This document shows positions 1-10,572 of a stretch of 64,000 bases of DNA, piece by piece. The notes under the pieces were generated by a model. The model ran no database searches, was not told the DNA's origin, and was given only the letters and a program-made list of their open reading frames with translations. This DNA comes from an uncultured Verrucomicrobiae bacterium (GTDB lineage Bacteria > Verrucomicrobiota > Verrucomicrobiia > Chthoniobacterales > Chthoniobacteraceae): NCBI GenBank assembly GCA_963769025.1, contig CAVYKI010000012.1, positions 96,001 to 160,000 of the forward strand, in the 5' to 3' direction. The translations under genes and the position numbers were made by a program. Every line of letters begins with the position of its first letter. Within the stretch, counting starts at the first letter, position 1.

Positions 1-448
1 GCTCACATTGATCTCCACCCCGAGCAGCTCGCGCAGCGTGTTCCTGTATTCGCGCCGGTTCAGCCGCCGCATCGTGATGACGCCATTCTGATCGCCCAGA
101 CTGCGCCGCACCGCGACCATCACGTTCGCCAAGTCATCGAGAAAATCCGCCTTCGCAGCACCCGTCAGGCTGCTTCTCGTCGTCCGGCGGCATCTCGCCC
201 GAATTCATGTGATTGAGCACCTTCTGCCAGCGCTCCGCCGTCTCGACGTTCGTGATGGCAAAAGGCAAATCATCCACGCGGAACTTCCCCTTCTGCTTCT
301 CGGCCCCGTGGCACCTCGCGCAGTAGTCGCTCAACAATGCCTTGTGCCGATCATCCATCGCAGCCCGCAACGGATCATCCGCAGCGGGCGCGACAGCTTG
401 TGCCAGCAGCAAGGTGGCGAAAAGCGCGGGTAGATGGGTCATTGGCAT
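1..448 (-). CDS. Planctomycete cytochrome c / DUF1587-DUF1592 family protein, N-terminal part (runs off window; 1-bp frameshift near 163)
   Basis: Signal-peptide-like start, CARCH heme motif and WQKVLNHMNSGEMPP. After an extra G near 163 the frame continues AAKADFLDDLANVM...MRRLNRREYRNTLRELLG. Confidence 0.8.
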
Positions 449-642
449 GGTCCTTACGATGAACCCAATCAGCCTCTCCACGTTAGCGCATTCAACCCCG
501 AATCGGTGCCGTGCCTCGTTCATTGTGCCCAGAGCAAATTCACAACGCGGATTGCGCCGTGAATGGCAAAGGAATTTGGGCTCCTCGCGGCGACCTCTTC
601 AAGGACCGGTTGCTCAACCGTGAAATGGCAAACTCGGCGGCA

Positions 643-1419
643 TCACGGGTTGCCCTTCGGTCGGCGGAGGTGAAGCGACCGGTAAAAGCCCTTGTGCAGT
701 TCCAGCAGGCGCGAGAGTTCCTTGGTCGGGTCCGGATGATCCTCCACGCGAAGGTCGATGTAACGGTCGCTGGCGCCGCCGTAGCCACCCTTGTCCCGCA
801 CGACGAGGAGCGCGGCGCTCTGTCTTCCGCGCGAATCGCCGCCCGCATCTTCGCCGGCCTGGAGCGCGGCGACGAGCCAGTCGGCGAGTTCGCTGCCCTC
901 GGTTTTCTGCGCGGCTTCGTATGCCTCGACCATGGCGTCGAGGACCTTCGCGCCGGCGAGGATGTTGCCCTGCACGGCGAAGTGCTTCCCCGTGCGGCCT
1001 CCTGCGAAGGCACGGCAGTCTTTGCCGGTGAAAGTCGCGCTCCGCCCCCGCGCATCCACGATGCCGCATTGTCGCGCTTCCCGCCCCTCGTCGGCATCGG
1101 TGAGCAGCTTGATGACCTGCGCGGCGTCGCTGCCTTCCGCGAGGAACTTCAACCCCTTCGCTCCGTAGGTGACATTCGCCGAAGCCTGGGTCGCGATCGC
1201 GCCGACTCCGCTCTTCGCCCACGGCACGACCGTTCCCACGCCGAAGAATTTGCTTTGCACACAAACCCCGAGATCCCCGGTCGCAGGATCAAAGGCGACG
1301 ATGGAATAGGTCGCCACAATTTCTCCGCCTGATGGCCGGTCAACAGCAGTCGCGGGCGGTTCGCACCCGGTGATGGCCACCAACACGCCAAGGACGATGA
1401 AATGCAGCCAGGTGCGCAT
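643..1419 (-). CDS. DUF1028 family Ntn-hydrolase-like lipoprotein
   Basis: Lipobox-like VAITGC, TYSIVAFDPATGDLGV, GAIATQA, AGGDSRGRQSAALLVV and DLRVEDHPDP. Confidence 0.88.
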   Translation of the reverse strand: MRTWLHFIVLGVLVAITGCEPPATAVDRPSGGEIVATYSIVAFDPATGDLGVCVQSKFFGVGTVVPWAKSGVGAIATQASANVTYGAKGLKFLAEGSDAAQVIKLLTDADEGREARQCGIVDARGRSATFTGKDCRAFAGGRTGKHFAVQGNILAGAKVLDAMVEAYEAAQKTEGSELADWLVAALQAGEDAGGDSRGRQSAALLVVRDKGGYGGASDRYIDLRVEDHPDPTKELSRLLELHKGFYRSLHLRRPKGNP

Positions 1420-1441
1420 GTGGTGTCCTCCCATCAGTGCG

Positions 1442-2482
1442 TCACTTTGCACGCGACGGCAGCGAAAGCGCTAGCGCTGTGGTCGCCCATCCGGCGGCGG
1501 TGATGGAGATGAACTGATCCTTGCCGTGCGGATAGCCGGACTCGTAGTAGGTTTGAATCGGCTTGCTGCGGGTCTTCACGTGCCACGATCCGTCGGCGAG
1601 CTGGCTTGTGAGAAGGTGCCGCATCCCTCTCGCGTACGCCGCATCCGTCGTGGCCAGTCCGCCGGCTTCGTGCAGCGCGGTGAGCGCGGTGCCCGTGGCG
1701 TACGCGTCGCTTTCCATGTCGGCGAGTTGCGCCCATCCGCCGTCCGCGCGCTGCGTCTGAAGCAGGTCTTGCGCGGCCTTGCGGACTTCCGCCTCCGCCG
1801 CACCCGCCACGTGCAGCGCGCGGAGCCGGAAGACGCGATCCTCGGTGTCCTGCGCGGGTGTTTTCAGCAACCAAGCGCGGATTTGTTCGCGTCGGCGATT
1901 GATGCGCTCGCGCTGTTCGGGCGTGCCAAATTTCAGCAGCCCGCGCAGCGCGGCATGCGTGGATGTGAACAGGCTCTGCTCGGTCGGCGGACGGCGCGAC
2001 TGCGGCTTCCAATGCTCGAGATCCTTTTGCCACTGCAGCAGGTACTCGGCGACCGCGGCGGTGGTTGCGGCAGGCTTCCACGCGCCGTGCTCGAGCGCCC
2101 AGAGCGCGTAGCCCGCAGTATCGGCCTGCCCGCCCTGGCCTTTGCCGGCGAGATAGTTCGCACGGTTCTTCTCGAGAAAGTCCGCGGTGAACTGGAGCTG
2201 CTTCCGCAACTCCCCACCGTCGATCTGGAACCCGCGGGTCTGCGCCGTGACCAGTGCCATGATCGGCAGCCCCTGATTGTGGCAGGTGAAGCACCGGTCC
2301 CGCTCCTCCATCGAGCCACGCGCGCCCGCGGTCAGCAGCGGCAGAGACCTTTCCACGGCGGCCCGGATCGCGTCAGCATTCGGCGCCGCCACATCATCGC
2401 CGGCCGCGTCCTGCACGGGCGTGAGTGCCAGCAGGCCGACCAATGCGGCTGCGAAGAGCGGGAACTGTCGGGGGGCGTTCAC
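1442..2482 (-). CDS. Secreted prenyltransferase/squalene-oxidase-repeat (terpene cyclase-like alpha/alpha barrel) protein with CxxCH
   Basis: QW-like repeats QRADGGW and QLADGSW, plus CFTCH, SDAYATG and DQFISITAAGWA; signal peptide. Confidence 0.8.
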   Translation of the reverse strand: MNAPRQFPLFAAALVGLLALTPVQDAAGDDVAAPNADAIRAAVERSLPLLTAGARGSMEERDRCFTCHNQGLPIMALVTAQTRGFQIDGGELRKQLQFTADFLEKNRANYLAGKGQGGQADTAGYALWALEHGAWKPAATTAAVAEYLLQWQKDLEHWKPQSRRPPTEQSLFTSTHAALRGLLKFGTPEQRERINRRREQIRAWLLKTPAQDTEDRVFRLRALHVAGAAEAEVRKAAQDLLQTQRADGGWAQLADMESDAYATGTALTALHEAGGLATTDAAYARGMRHLLTSQLADGSWHVKTRSKPIQTYYESGYPHGKDQFISITAAGWATTALALSLPSRAK

Positions 2483-2623
2483 GGGGATTCAGTTGCCTCA
2501 CTTGCCACGGTTGCCTGCGCCCCGCACGCACATTCCTGATGCCGTGAGCCCGGGCACCCGCCTTCTCTCCGCCTCACGCCTTCGCGCTTCACGCGAGCGG
2601 TTCGCTCTGCCAGTTTCCGCGCC

Positions 2624-4159
2624 ATGCTTTCCAAAGTATTCTCTGCAGCCGTCTGCGGCGTGGACGCGTATGATCTCGAGGTGGAAGTGAGCGACGACGG
2701 CGGGCAGAAGGACGCGATCGTGATCGTGGGGTTGCCGGATGCCGCCGTGCGCGAGGCGCGGGATCGGGTGAAGACGGCGATCTCCAATAGCGGCTTCCGA
2801 TGGCCCGGTGGCCACGTGACCGTGAACCTCGCGCCCGCCGATGTGAAAAAGGAGGGGCCGAGTTTTGATCTGCCCATCGCGCTGGCGATGATCGCCTGCG
2901 CTCAGGACGTGAAGCTGGAGAACGCCGCCGACTTTTGCTTCGTCGGCGAACTCGCGCTCGACGGCGCCGTGCGGCCCGTGCGCGGCGTGCTCTCCGTCGC
3001 CATCGAGGCGCGTCGCGTCGGACGGAAGAAGCTCGTCGTCCCGCTGCAAAACGCCCGCGAAGCCGCGATGGTCGCGGGCATTGATGTCTTCGGCGTGCGC
3101 AATCTCCGCGAGACATTCACCTTCCTCACCGGGGAAAATCCGCTCGCACCCGTGCGCGAGGATCTCGCCGCGTTCTTCGCCAGCCATCAGGATTACGAGG
3201 CGGATTTCGCCGACGTGCGCGGACAGAACCATGTGAAGCGCGCCATCGAGATCGCCGCCGGCGGCGGACACGGACTCCTGCTCATCGGCCCGCCCGGCTC
3301 GGGCAAGAGCATGCTGAGCAAACGCGTCCCGAGCATCCTTCCGCCGCTCACGATGGAGGAGGCGATCGAGACGACGAAAATCCACAGCGTCGCCGGTCTG
3401 CTCCTCGACAAGTCCTTCGTCGCCACGCGCCCCTTCCGCGCGCCGCATCACACGGTCTCGGACGCCGGCCTGCTCGGCGGCGGGATGAATCCCGCCCCCG
3501 GCGAGATCAGCATCGCGCACCACGGCGTGCTCTTCCTCGACGAGCTGCCGGAGTTCAAACGCAGCACGCTCGAAGTCCTCCGCCAGCCGATGGAGGATGG
3601 AAAAGTCACCGTCTCGCGCGCCGCGGGAACGATGACCTTCCCCGCCGAGTTCATGCTCGTCGCCGCGATGAACCCCTGCCCCTGCGGCTTCCACGGTGAT
3701 CCGAAACGCCAGTGCCGCTGCACGCCGCAGCAGGTGGAGAAATATCGCGAGCGCATCTCCGGCCCGCTGCTCGACCGCATCGATCTCCACGTCGAGGCGC
3801 CCGCCGTCGCGTTCGACGAACTCCGCAGCACCGAGCGCGCGGAATCCAGCGCGGCGATGCGCGGGCGCGTGGTGCACGTGCGGGAGATCCAGCGGGCACG
3901 CTTCAACGACAACGGCAGAGTCCGCATCAACGCCCGCATGAGTTCGCAGCAGGTCCGCAAATTCTGCGCGCTCAGCGAGGACGCCGAAAATCTCCTGCGC
4001 ATGGCGATGGACAATCTCAACCTCTCCGCCCGCGCCCACGACCGCATCCTCAAGGTCGCCCGCACCATCGCCGATCTCGCAGGCATGGAAAGCATCGCGC
4101 CCGACCACATCGCCGAGGCGATCCAATACCGCACGCTCGATCGGAAGCTCTGGCGATAG
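2624..4159 (+). CDS. comM: YifB/ComM Mg-chelatase-like AAA+ ATPase
   Basis: [22 protein letters not shown], Walker [29 protein letters not shown] and AMNPCPCG. Confidence 0.95.
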   Translation: MLSKVFSAAVCGVDAYDLEVEVSDDGGQKDAIVIVGLPDAAVREARDRVKTAISNSGFRWPGGHVTVNLAPADVKKEGPSFDLPIALAMIACAQDVKLENAADFCFVGELALDGAVRPVRGVLSVAIEARRVGRKKLVVPLQNAREAAMVAGIDVFGVRNLRETFTFLTGENPLAPVREDLAAFFASHQDYEADFADVRGQNHVKRAIEIAAGGGHGLLLIGPPGSGKSMLSKRVPSILPPLTMEEAIETTKIHSVAGLLLDKSFVATRPFRAPHHTVSDAGLLGGGMNPAPGEISIAHHGVLFLDELPEFKRSTLEVLRQPMEDGKVTVSRAAGTMTFPAEFMLVAAMNPCPCGFHGDPKRQCRCTPQQVEKYRERISGPLLDRIDLHVEAPAVAFDELRSTERAESSAAMRGRVVHVREIQRARFNDNGRVRINARMSSQQVRKFCALSEDAENLLRMAMDNLNLSARAHDRILKVARTIADLAGMESIAPDHIAEAIQYRTLDRKLWR

Positions 4160-4187
4160 CCAGAGCGCACCGCGCAGCGGAATCGGT

Positions 4188-7100
4188 TCAGGCGAAATGC
4201 CGGAGCGCGCGGCGGAGCTGGTTCAGGTCCACCGGCTTGACGAGATGCGTGGAAAATCCGGCTTCGAGCGAGCGACGCAGGTCGTCTTCCATCCCATAGC
4301 CGGAGAGCGCTATTCCGCGGATGCCAGGCTGCAATCGCCGTATTTTTTCCATCACTTCCATCCCGGTGCCATCAGGCAGACCGAGATCGGAGACCACAAA
4401 GTCGAACGGGCCGGTCTCGGCTGCTGCCGCGGCTGCGGCGACGCTGCTGGCGGTGACCACGAAATGGCCGTCGCGACCGAGCACCCGGCGGAGGACAGCC
4501 AGCGTAGGTTCGTGATCCTCGACGAGCAGCAGCCGCAGCGACGGCAGCGGAGCGACGGAATGCTCGCCGCTGCCTGAGTCGTCCGCAGGCTCGCCGGGCG
4601 CATGATCGGTTCCCGCCGGGGCTTCCATGGCGTGCGGCAACTCCACGATGAAGGTCGCGCCCTTGCCGAGCCCGTCGCTTTCCGCACGGATCTGCCCCTC
4701 GTGGAGATGCACGATGCCGCGCGCGATTGCGAGGCCGAGGCCGAGGCCTCCGAATCGGTGATCGTGCGCCCGGCCCGCCTGCTCGAACGGGTGAAAGATG
4801 GACTCGGTCGCATCGGGCGCGAGACCCACGCCGGTATCGCTCACCTCGATCCGGAGGCGGCCATCGGTTTCGTCACGCGTGCGAATGGCGACACGGCCGC
4901 CGACCGGGGTGAATTTGATCGCGTTGCGCAACAGATTCCAAACCACCTGCTGAAGACGGGCAGGATCTCCGCGCAGGCTGGCGCGCCGCGCGGCGAGGTC
5001 CAGTTCGACCGCGACCGGCTTTGCGCGCGCCTCGTCGTGCATGATCGCCACGGCCAGCCCGATGAGCGAGTGAACGTCGCACATCTCCTCGCGAAGCTGG
5101 AGACGCCCCTTGGTGATGCGCGTGAGGTCTAGCAGATCATCGATGAGCCTGGCTTCGAGCGCGATGTTGCGTTCGATCATGGCCAGCTCGGAACGGACCG
5201 CTTCCGGAAGACGCGTATCCTCGCGCAAGGCGGAGGCAGTCATCAGCACGGGCATGAGCGGCGTGCGCAGCTCGTGGGAAAGCGCGGCGAGAAAATCATC
5301 CTTGGCCCGCAAGGCGAGCTCGGCGCGTTCCTTCTCCGCACGCAGATCCGCGTCGGCGTAGCGCCGCTGGACGCTGCCCGCGATGGCGTCGGCCATGGGC
5401 GCGAGATCACCGAGCACGGCCTCGGAGAGCGTGTGCTTTGAGAAAAGCCCGAGCACGCCCAGCAGCCTTCCGTCCACGATCAGCGGATAACCTGCGAAGG
5501 CGACCATCCCCTCCCGTTCCGCCCATTTCGGGTCGGAAATGTTCGGGTCATGCGGCACATCGTTCGTGAGGTGTGCGCGCTGGGTTTGCGCGATGCGTCC
5601 GATCTTATACTTCCCTATCGGCACCCGCGCATGCTCGCCGTCCAGATGCGTATAAAGGCCCGCGCTGGCTCGCAGAATGAGGACAGCGCCGCTTTCGTCG
5701 AGGAGCCAAATCCGCGCGAAGGACGCCTCGAGATGGCGCACGAGCAGTTCGCATGCGCCGTGCAAACTGGGGTCGAGTTCGACCGAGGACGCGAGCAGCG
5801 AGGCGATGTCCGCGCGCAGCATGGAAAGCCGCGCACGCTCGGCCAGTTCGCGCTCGGCGGCCTTGCGCTGGGAGAGATCGCGGATGAAGCCGACGAACGT
5901 CGAACGCTCTGCGCCGGGAAGCGGGCTGATCGCAAGCTCCACGGGGAATTCGCCGCCGTCGCGCCGGAGCGCCGGCAGTTCGAGCCGCCGCCCCAGCACG
6001 GGGCCTTCGCCAGTGGCAAGCAGGTGGGCCAGACCGCGGCGGTGAGCTTCGCGCAATCGCTCAGGGATGATGTGCGCCGCCAGTTCCGCGCCGAGAATCT
6101 CCTCGCGCCGCCAGCCGAAGATCCGCTCCGCCGCCGGATTCCAATCGAGGATACTTCCCGCGGCATCCATCAGCAGGACCGCATCGAGCGCCGTGTTGAT
6201 GATCGCCTTCGAACGCGTCTCGCTCGAGCGGAGCAGCTCCTCCGCAGCGCGCCGTTCCGTGATGTCGATGAGCACGCCGGGCAGCCGCACGACCTTGCCG
6301 TGGGAATCGCGTTCGCTGCGGCCACGGGCGTCCACCCACCGCTCGCTCCCGTCACTGCGTCGCACGCGATACTCAGCCTGGTACGCATCCCCGTTTTCGA
6401 GTGCGCGGGCGATGACCGTCTGGACGCTCGGACGGTCCTCCTCGGCGATGAGCGCGAGAAAGCTCGCAAGCGGTTCTCCTGCGCGACATCGCTCCGGCGG
6501 CAATCCAAACGTCCGCGCGACCAGCGGATCGCCGCACACCAGATCCCGCTCCACATCCCAGACCCAGGCCCCCGCACCGGCCACCTCCAGCGCCGTGCGC
6601 GCGAGCCATTCCGCATCCCGGATGGCGCGATCCCGGACGCGGCGCGCGCTCACGTCGTGAAACACGAGGATCGCCCCGCAAAGCGAGCCGTCCGGACCAA
6701 GGATTGGCGCGGCGGAATCTTCGATGGGAATTTCTTCCCCGCCACCGCGCGGGCGCAGGACGGTGTGATTTGCCATCGCCACCACGATGCGCTCCCGCAA
6801 GACCTTCTCGACCGGGTTCTCAACAACCGCCCCTGTTTCCTCGTTGAAAATCGCGATCACTTCAGGCAACGCACGGCCTCGCGCCTCGGCAGCGGTCCAC
6901 CCGGTGAGCTGCTCCGCCACCGGGTTCAGGAAAGTGACCGCCCCAGCTTCGTCCGTCACCACGACCGCATCGCCGATGCTGAGCAGGGTGACCCGGAGTC
7001 GCTCGCGTTCGGCAGCCAGCTTGAGCGCGTCTCCGGCCGCGCGCCGTTGGGCGCTGCGCATGAGCTCCGCCATCGTCACGATGATTGCGGACGTCACAAA

Positions 7101-7403
7101 AAAGCTCAGAAAGGCCACGACCCCGCCTCCGGTCATGATGGTGAAATGACGCCTCGGATCTACGAAGAACCAATCCACCACGAGATAGTTAACCACCATC
7201 GTCGGAACGGCCGCCTTCCACCCCGCGCAACCCGCCACGAGGGCCACAGCCCCGAAGGAAAATATGAACGGGTAATTGTGCCCCAATTCACCGTCCAACA
7301 CCGCCCGCAGCGCCAGCGCCACAGCTGTGGCGACCACGGAAAAAGTATAGCCTCGCCAGTCGGTCGGAACGAACAGGCAGAGGGGATATCGGGCTGTTTG
7401 CAT
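4188..7403 (-). CDS. Hybrid sensor histidine kinase (DUF4118-like TM region, 3 PAS, GAF, HisKA, HATPase, REC); start approximate
   Basis: LSHELRTPL, NLLRNAIKFT, DTGVG, GGLGLGL, C-terminal LLVEDH...SDLGLPDG...KP. The listed ORF extension to 8129 overlaps an autotransporter remnant. Confidence 0.9.
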   Translation of the reverse strand: MQTARYPLCLFVPTDWRGYTFSVVATAVALALRAVLDGELGHNYPFIFSFGAVALVAGCAGWKAAVPTMVVNYLVVDWFFVDPRRHFTIMTGGGVVAFLSFFVTSAIIVTMAELMRSAQRRAAGDALKLAAERERLRVTLLSIGDAVVVTDEAGAVTFLNPVAEQLTGWTAAEARGRALPEVIAIFNEETGAVVENPVEKVLRERIVVAMANHTVLRPRGGGEEIPIEDSAAPILGPDGSLCGAILVFHDVSARRVRDRAIRDAEWLARTALEVAGAGAWVWDVERDLVCGDPLVARTFGLPPERCRAGEPLASFLALIAEEDRPSVQTVIARALENGDAYQAEYRVRRSDGSERWVDARGRSERDSHGKVVRLPGVLIDITERRAAEELLRSSETRSKAIINTALDAVLLMDAAGSILDWNPAAERIFGWRREEILGAELAAHIIPERLREAHRRGLAHLLATGEGPVLGRRLELPALRRDGGEFPVELAISPLPGAERSTFVGFIRDLSQRKAAERELAERARLSMLRADIASLLASSVELDPSLHGACELLVRHLEASFARIWLLDESGAVLILRASAGLYTHLDGEHARVPIGKYKIGRIAQTQRAHLTNDVPHDPNISDPKWAEREGMVAFAGYPLIVDGRLLGVLGLFSKHTLSEAVLGDLAPMADAIAGSVQRRYADADLRAEKERAELALRAKDDFLAALSHELRTPLMPVLMTASALREDTRLPEAVRSELAMIERNIALEARLIDDLLDLTRITKGRLQLREEMCDVHSLIGLAVAIMHDEARAKPVAVELDLAARRASLRGDPARLQQVVWNLLRNAIKFTPVGGRVAIRTRDETDGRLRIEVSDTGVGLAPDATESIFHPFEQAGRAHDHRFGGLGLGLAIARGIVHLHEGQIRAESDGLGKGATFIVELPHAMEAPAGTDHAPGEPADDSGSGEHSVAPLPSLRLLLVEDHEPTLAVLRRVLGRDGHFVVTASSVAAAAAAAETGPFDFVVSDLGLPDGTGMEVMEKIRRLQPGIRGIALSGYGMEDDLRRSLEAGFSTHLVKPVDLNQLRRALRHFA

Positions 7404-7522
7404 CTGTTTCCGTATTAGATCGGCGTCGGCACGTCCGCCGCGTGTCATTATTTGGGATCCATCGTGATCGATGGATTCGATGTTGCCGCGAAACGCAGAC
7501 GGCCGACCGAGCGCTCCGCGCG

Positions 7523-8330
7523 CTAGAACTTGATGCGTAAGCCGAGCGAAACGCTGTGCGTGGAGTAATTCGCGCGCCCGATTTCGCCGTCGTAGAAGGC
7601 GTAGTTCGAGAAGCGCGCATTCCACAGGATGCTGACTCCTCCGCCCGCCAGCAGGCTGCCGCGCCCGATCGTCGGTCCGGACGCGGTGAAGGGATTGCCG
7701 CCGAGCGTGGCGAAGGTCGAGGTGAGCGAGTACTTGGTGTCGCCGGACTCGTGCTGCCAGGCGGCGCGCAACTCGGGGCGGATGACGGTCCGGCCCACTT
7801 TCACATCGAACGCGGCGCGGATGCCGAGCGCGGCGCGCATGGATTCCGCGTTTTTCCGCCTTGCCGCTGGTGAAGATGTTGCCCGTCTGCTTCACGAAGA
7901 CTAAAGTGCCATTGTCGGCACCGCCCACGCTGCCGGCAAAAAACGAGTTCGCATCCGAATGATGAGGCCGCCGAGATCCTGCAATCCGGAACCCAGCCCA
8001 CCGCCGATGGCACCGCCGCCGATGCTCTGGCCCAGATGCCGTTGGAATTTGTTCCCGCCGTCGAAATCCGGCCGGCGTTCTTGACCTCGACCGCACCGCC
8101 GTGGTTTCCGAATCCGCGGTTGTGACCAATGCTCGCGACGATTTCCACGTCGTTGCCCGGATTGCCCGCCGCGTTGGTGAGGAAAAGCATCGCCGCCGCC
8201 CATCGAACAGCCGGGTGTCGGCGCGGAACTGATCCCGCCGCTGACGCTGAAGCCGCCATCGCCGCCGCTGCCCGCCGATGCGTGCGCGGCGATCGAACAG
8301 CTCGGAATCGAACTCATTCTGGCGTGAGAC
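7523..8330 (-). pseudogene. Internally deleted and frameshifted autotransporter remnant
   Basis: The barrel C-terminus (IRPELRAAWQHE...YDGEIGRANYSTHSVSLGLRIKF) sits next to Gly-rich passenger scraps in different frames (GSGGDGGFSVSGG, GGAVEVKNAGRISTAGTNSNGIW, QSIGGG). Confidence 0.7.
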
Positions 8331-8401
8331 GCGCGCGGCATAGGCGCAGCGGGCGCGCTCTTACGGTGCGGCAAAAGGGAATCCATTCCGACAACGCATC
8401 G

Positions 8402-9685
8402 TCAGCGCAGATCCCGGCGATTCGTCTCCGCGGCGAGCAGGACACTGCCGATCGTCACGACTGCCAGCGCGATCAGATAGAGGGCGATGGGCCACGCCGT
8501 TCCGCCTGACCAAGCGAGCAAGGCCGAGGCGATCAACGGCGCGAGCCCTCCGGCGAAAGGCGCGGCGAGCTGGTAGCCGAGCGACACGCCGGTGTAGCGC
8601 GTGCGTGTGCCGAAGAGTTCGGAAAAGAATGCCGCCTGCGGGCCGTACATCGCGGCGTGGCCGATCATGCCCACCACGATAGCCGTCCACACGAGCGCGG
8701 TGCTTTTCACATCCACGAGCCAGAAAAACGGGAACGCCATCGCGAGCAGAAAGAGCGCGCCTCCGAGATAAACAGGCCTGCGCCCGAAGCGATCCGAGAC
8801 CGCCCCGAAAAACGGAATTGCGAAAAGTTGCGCCGCCGAGCCGAGCAGCACGCCGTTGAGCACCATGCCACGCTCCAGACCGTGCTGCTGCGTGGCGTAG
8901 CTCAGCACCCACACGGTGAAGATGGAAAAGAATGCGTTCTCCGCGAGGCGCGCACCCATGGTCAGCAGGACGTTGCGCCAATGGGTGCGCAGCACTTCGA
9001 GGATCGGCAGCTTCGGAGCGGGCCGTTCGCTTTTCGCCTGCTCGAAGAGCGGGCTCTCCAGCACGTGCATGCGGATGAAAAATCCGATCCCCGTGAGCAG
9101 GATGCCGAGCAGAAACGGCACGCGCCAGCCCCACGAGAAAAACGCCGCCTCCGGCAGCCACGAGAAAATGCTGAAGATTCCCGTGGCAAGGAGCAGCCCG
9201 ACCGGCACGCCCGCCTGCACCCAGCTCGCATACAATCCGCGCCGCCCCTTGCCAGCGTGCTCCACGACCATGAGCACCGCACCGCCCCATTCCCCGCCGA
9301 CGCCGAGCCCCTGCACAAACCTCAGCGCGACCAGCAGCACCGGCGCGAGCATTCCGACCTGCGCGTAGGTGGGCAGCAGGCCGACGCAAAATGTGGCGAC
9401 CCCCATGAGCATGAGGGTGGTGACGAGCATGGACTTGCGCCCCACGCGATCCCCGAAGTGCCCGAACACCACGCCGCCGAGCGGCCGCGCAAAAAAGCCG
9501 ACGGCATACGTGGCGAACGCGGCCATCGTGCCGGTGACCGGGTCGAAGTTTGGAAAGAAGAGCCGGTTGAAGACGAGCGCCGCAGCGGTGCCGTAAAGGA
9601 AGAAATCATACCACTCGATCGCGGTGCCGATGAAGCTCGCGACGACGACACGCCGGATGGATTGCGGGGAGATGGGCTCGGACAT
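8402..9685 (-). CDS. MFS transporter, metabolite:H+ symporter (ShiA-like) family
   Basis: GTAIEWYDFFLYG, FGHFGDRVGRK, GVGGEWGGA and WGWRVPFL. Confidence 0.93.
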   Translation of the reverse strand: MSEPISPQSIRRVVVASFIGTAIEWYDFFLYGTAAALVFNRLFFPNFDPVTGTMAAFATYAVGFFARPLGGVVFGHFGDRVGRKSMLVTTLMLMGVATFCVGLLPTYAQVGMLAPVLLVALRFVQGLGVGGEWGGAVLMVVEHAGKGRRGLYASWVQAGVPVGLLLATGIFSIFSWLPEAAFFSWGWRVPFLLGILLTGIGFFIRMHVLESPLFEQAKSERPAPKLPILEVLRTHWRNVLLTMGARLAENAFFSIFTVWVLSYATQQHGLERGMVLNGVLLGSAAQLFAIPFFGAVSDRFGRRPVYLGGALFLLAMAFPFFWLVDVKSTALVWTAIVVGMIGHAAMYGPQAAFFSELFGTRTRYTGVSLGYQLAAPFAGGLAPLIASALLAWSGGTAWPIALYLIALAVVTIGSVLLAAETNRRDLR

Positions 9686-9808
9686 GTCGGGGGAAAGCGC
9701 GGGATGCTCGGCGGCTTGCCCTCGCGAAGCAAGGCTGCGGCGTGACGCATGGAGCGCGGCCCTGTTGCAAATGCCGGCAGCCCTGTCCACCATCGCGGGA
9801 CGCTCCCC

Positions 9809-10570
9809 ATGAACATCACCATCGCCCTGAATGGAAAAATCGCGCTGATCACCGGAGCCTCGCAAGGTATCGGTGCGCAAGTCGCCCGCACGTTTCACGC
9901 GGCGGGTGCGGGCGTGGTGCTGAATCATCCCGGCATCGGCACGACGGGCGACGATGCACGGCGTCTCGCCGCGGAACTCAACGCCGTGCGCGCCGGCAGC
10001 GCCGATGTGATCGCGGCGGATGTCTCGAAGCCGGAGCAGGTGCAGGCGATGATGCGCGAGATCCAGACGCGGCACGGCGGCCTCGACTTTCTGATCAACA
10101 ACGCCGCCATCCTCAAGGATCGCACCATCGCGAAGATGAGCCTGGATGAGTGGGACGCCGTGATCGGCGTGAATCTCTCCGGCGTCTTCCACTGCTGCAA
10201 ATACGCGCTGGAGATCATGCGCGACCACGGGGCCGTCGTCAGCTTCGGCAGCATCGCCGCGATTCAGGGATTCTTCGGCCAGGCCAATTACGCCTCCGCC
10301 AAGGCCGGCGTGCAGGCGATGATGCGCGTGCTGAGCCGCGAGGCGGCGCGGAGAAACATCCGTGCAAACGCCATCGCTCCGGGCGTGATCGACACGAGCA
10401 TGGCCGCGACGATCCCGGAAAGTGTGCGCGTTGAAATGATGAAGAACATCCCGCTCGGCCGATTCGGCACGGTGGAGGAGGTCGCGAATGTCGTGCTCTT
10501 TCTCTGCTCGCCGCTCGCGTCGTACGTCACCGGCCAGACCATCGAGATCAATGGAGGCTGGCGCGGCTAG
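9809..10570 (+). CDS. SDR family 3-oxoacyl/acetoacetyl-CoA reductase (FabG/PhaB-like)
   Basis: TGASQGIG, NNAAI, catalytic YASAK and IPLGRFG. Confidence 0.9.
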   Translation: MNITIALNGKIALITGASQGIGAQVARTFHAAGAGVVLNHPGIGTTGDDARRLAAELNAVRAGSADVIAADVSKPEQVQAMMREIQTRHGGLDFLINNAAILKDRTIAKMSLDEWDAVIGVNLSGVFHCCKYALEIMRDHGAVVSFGSIAAIQGFFGQANYASAKAGVQAMMRVLSREAARRNIRANAIAPGVIDTSMAATIPESVRVEMMKNIPLGRFGTVEEVANVVLFLCSPLASYVTGQTIEINGGWRG

Positions 10571-10572
10571 GG

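Noticed and set aside
7404..8129. N-terminal extension of the 1313-aa histidine kinase ORF
   Set aside because: It reads through an autotransporter remnant. Kinase-like sequence only begins near 7403-7448.
9686..10228. Long N-terminal extension of the MFS ORF (608 aa)
   Set aside because: It overlaps the SDR gene on the opposite strand. MFS homology begins at MSEPISPQ (9685).
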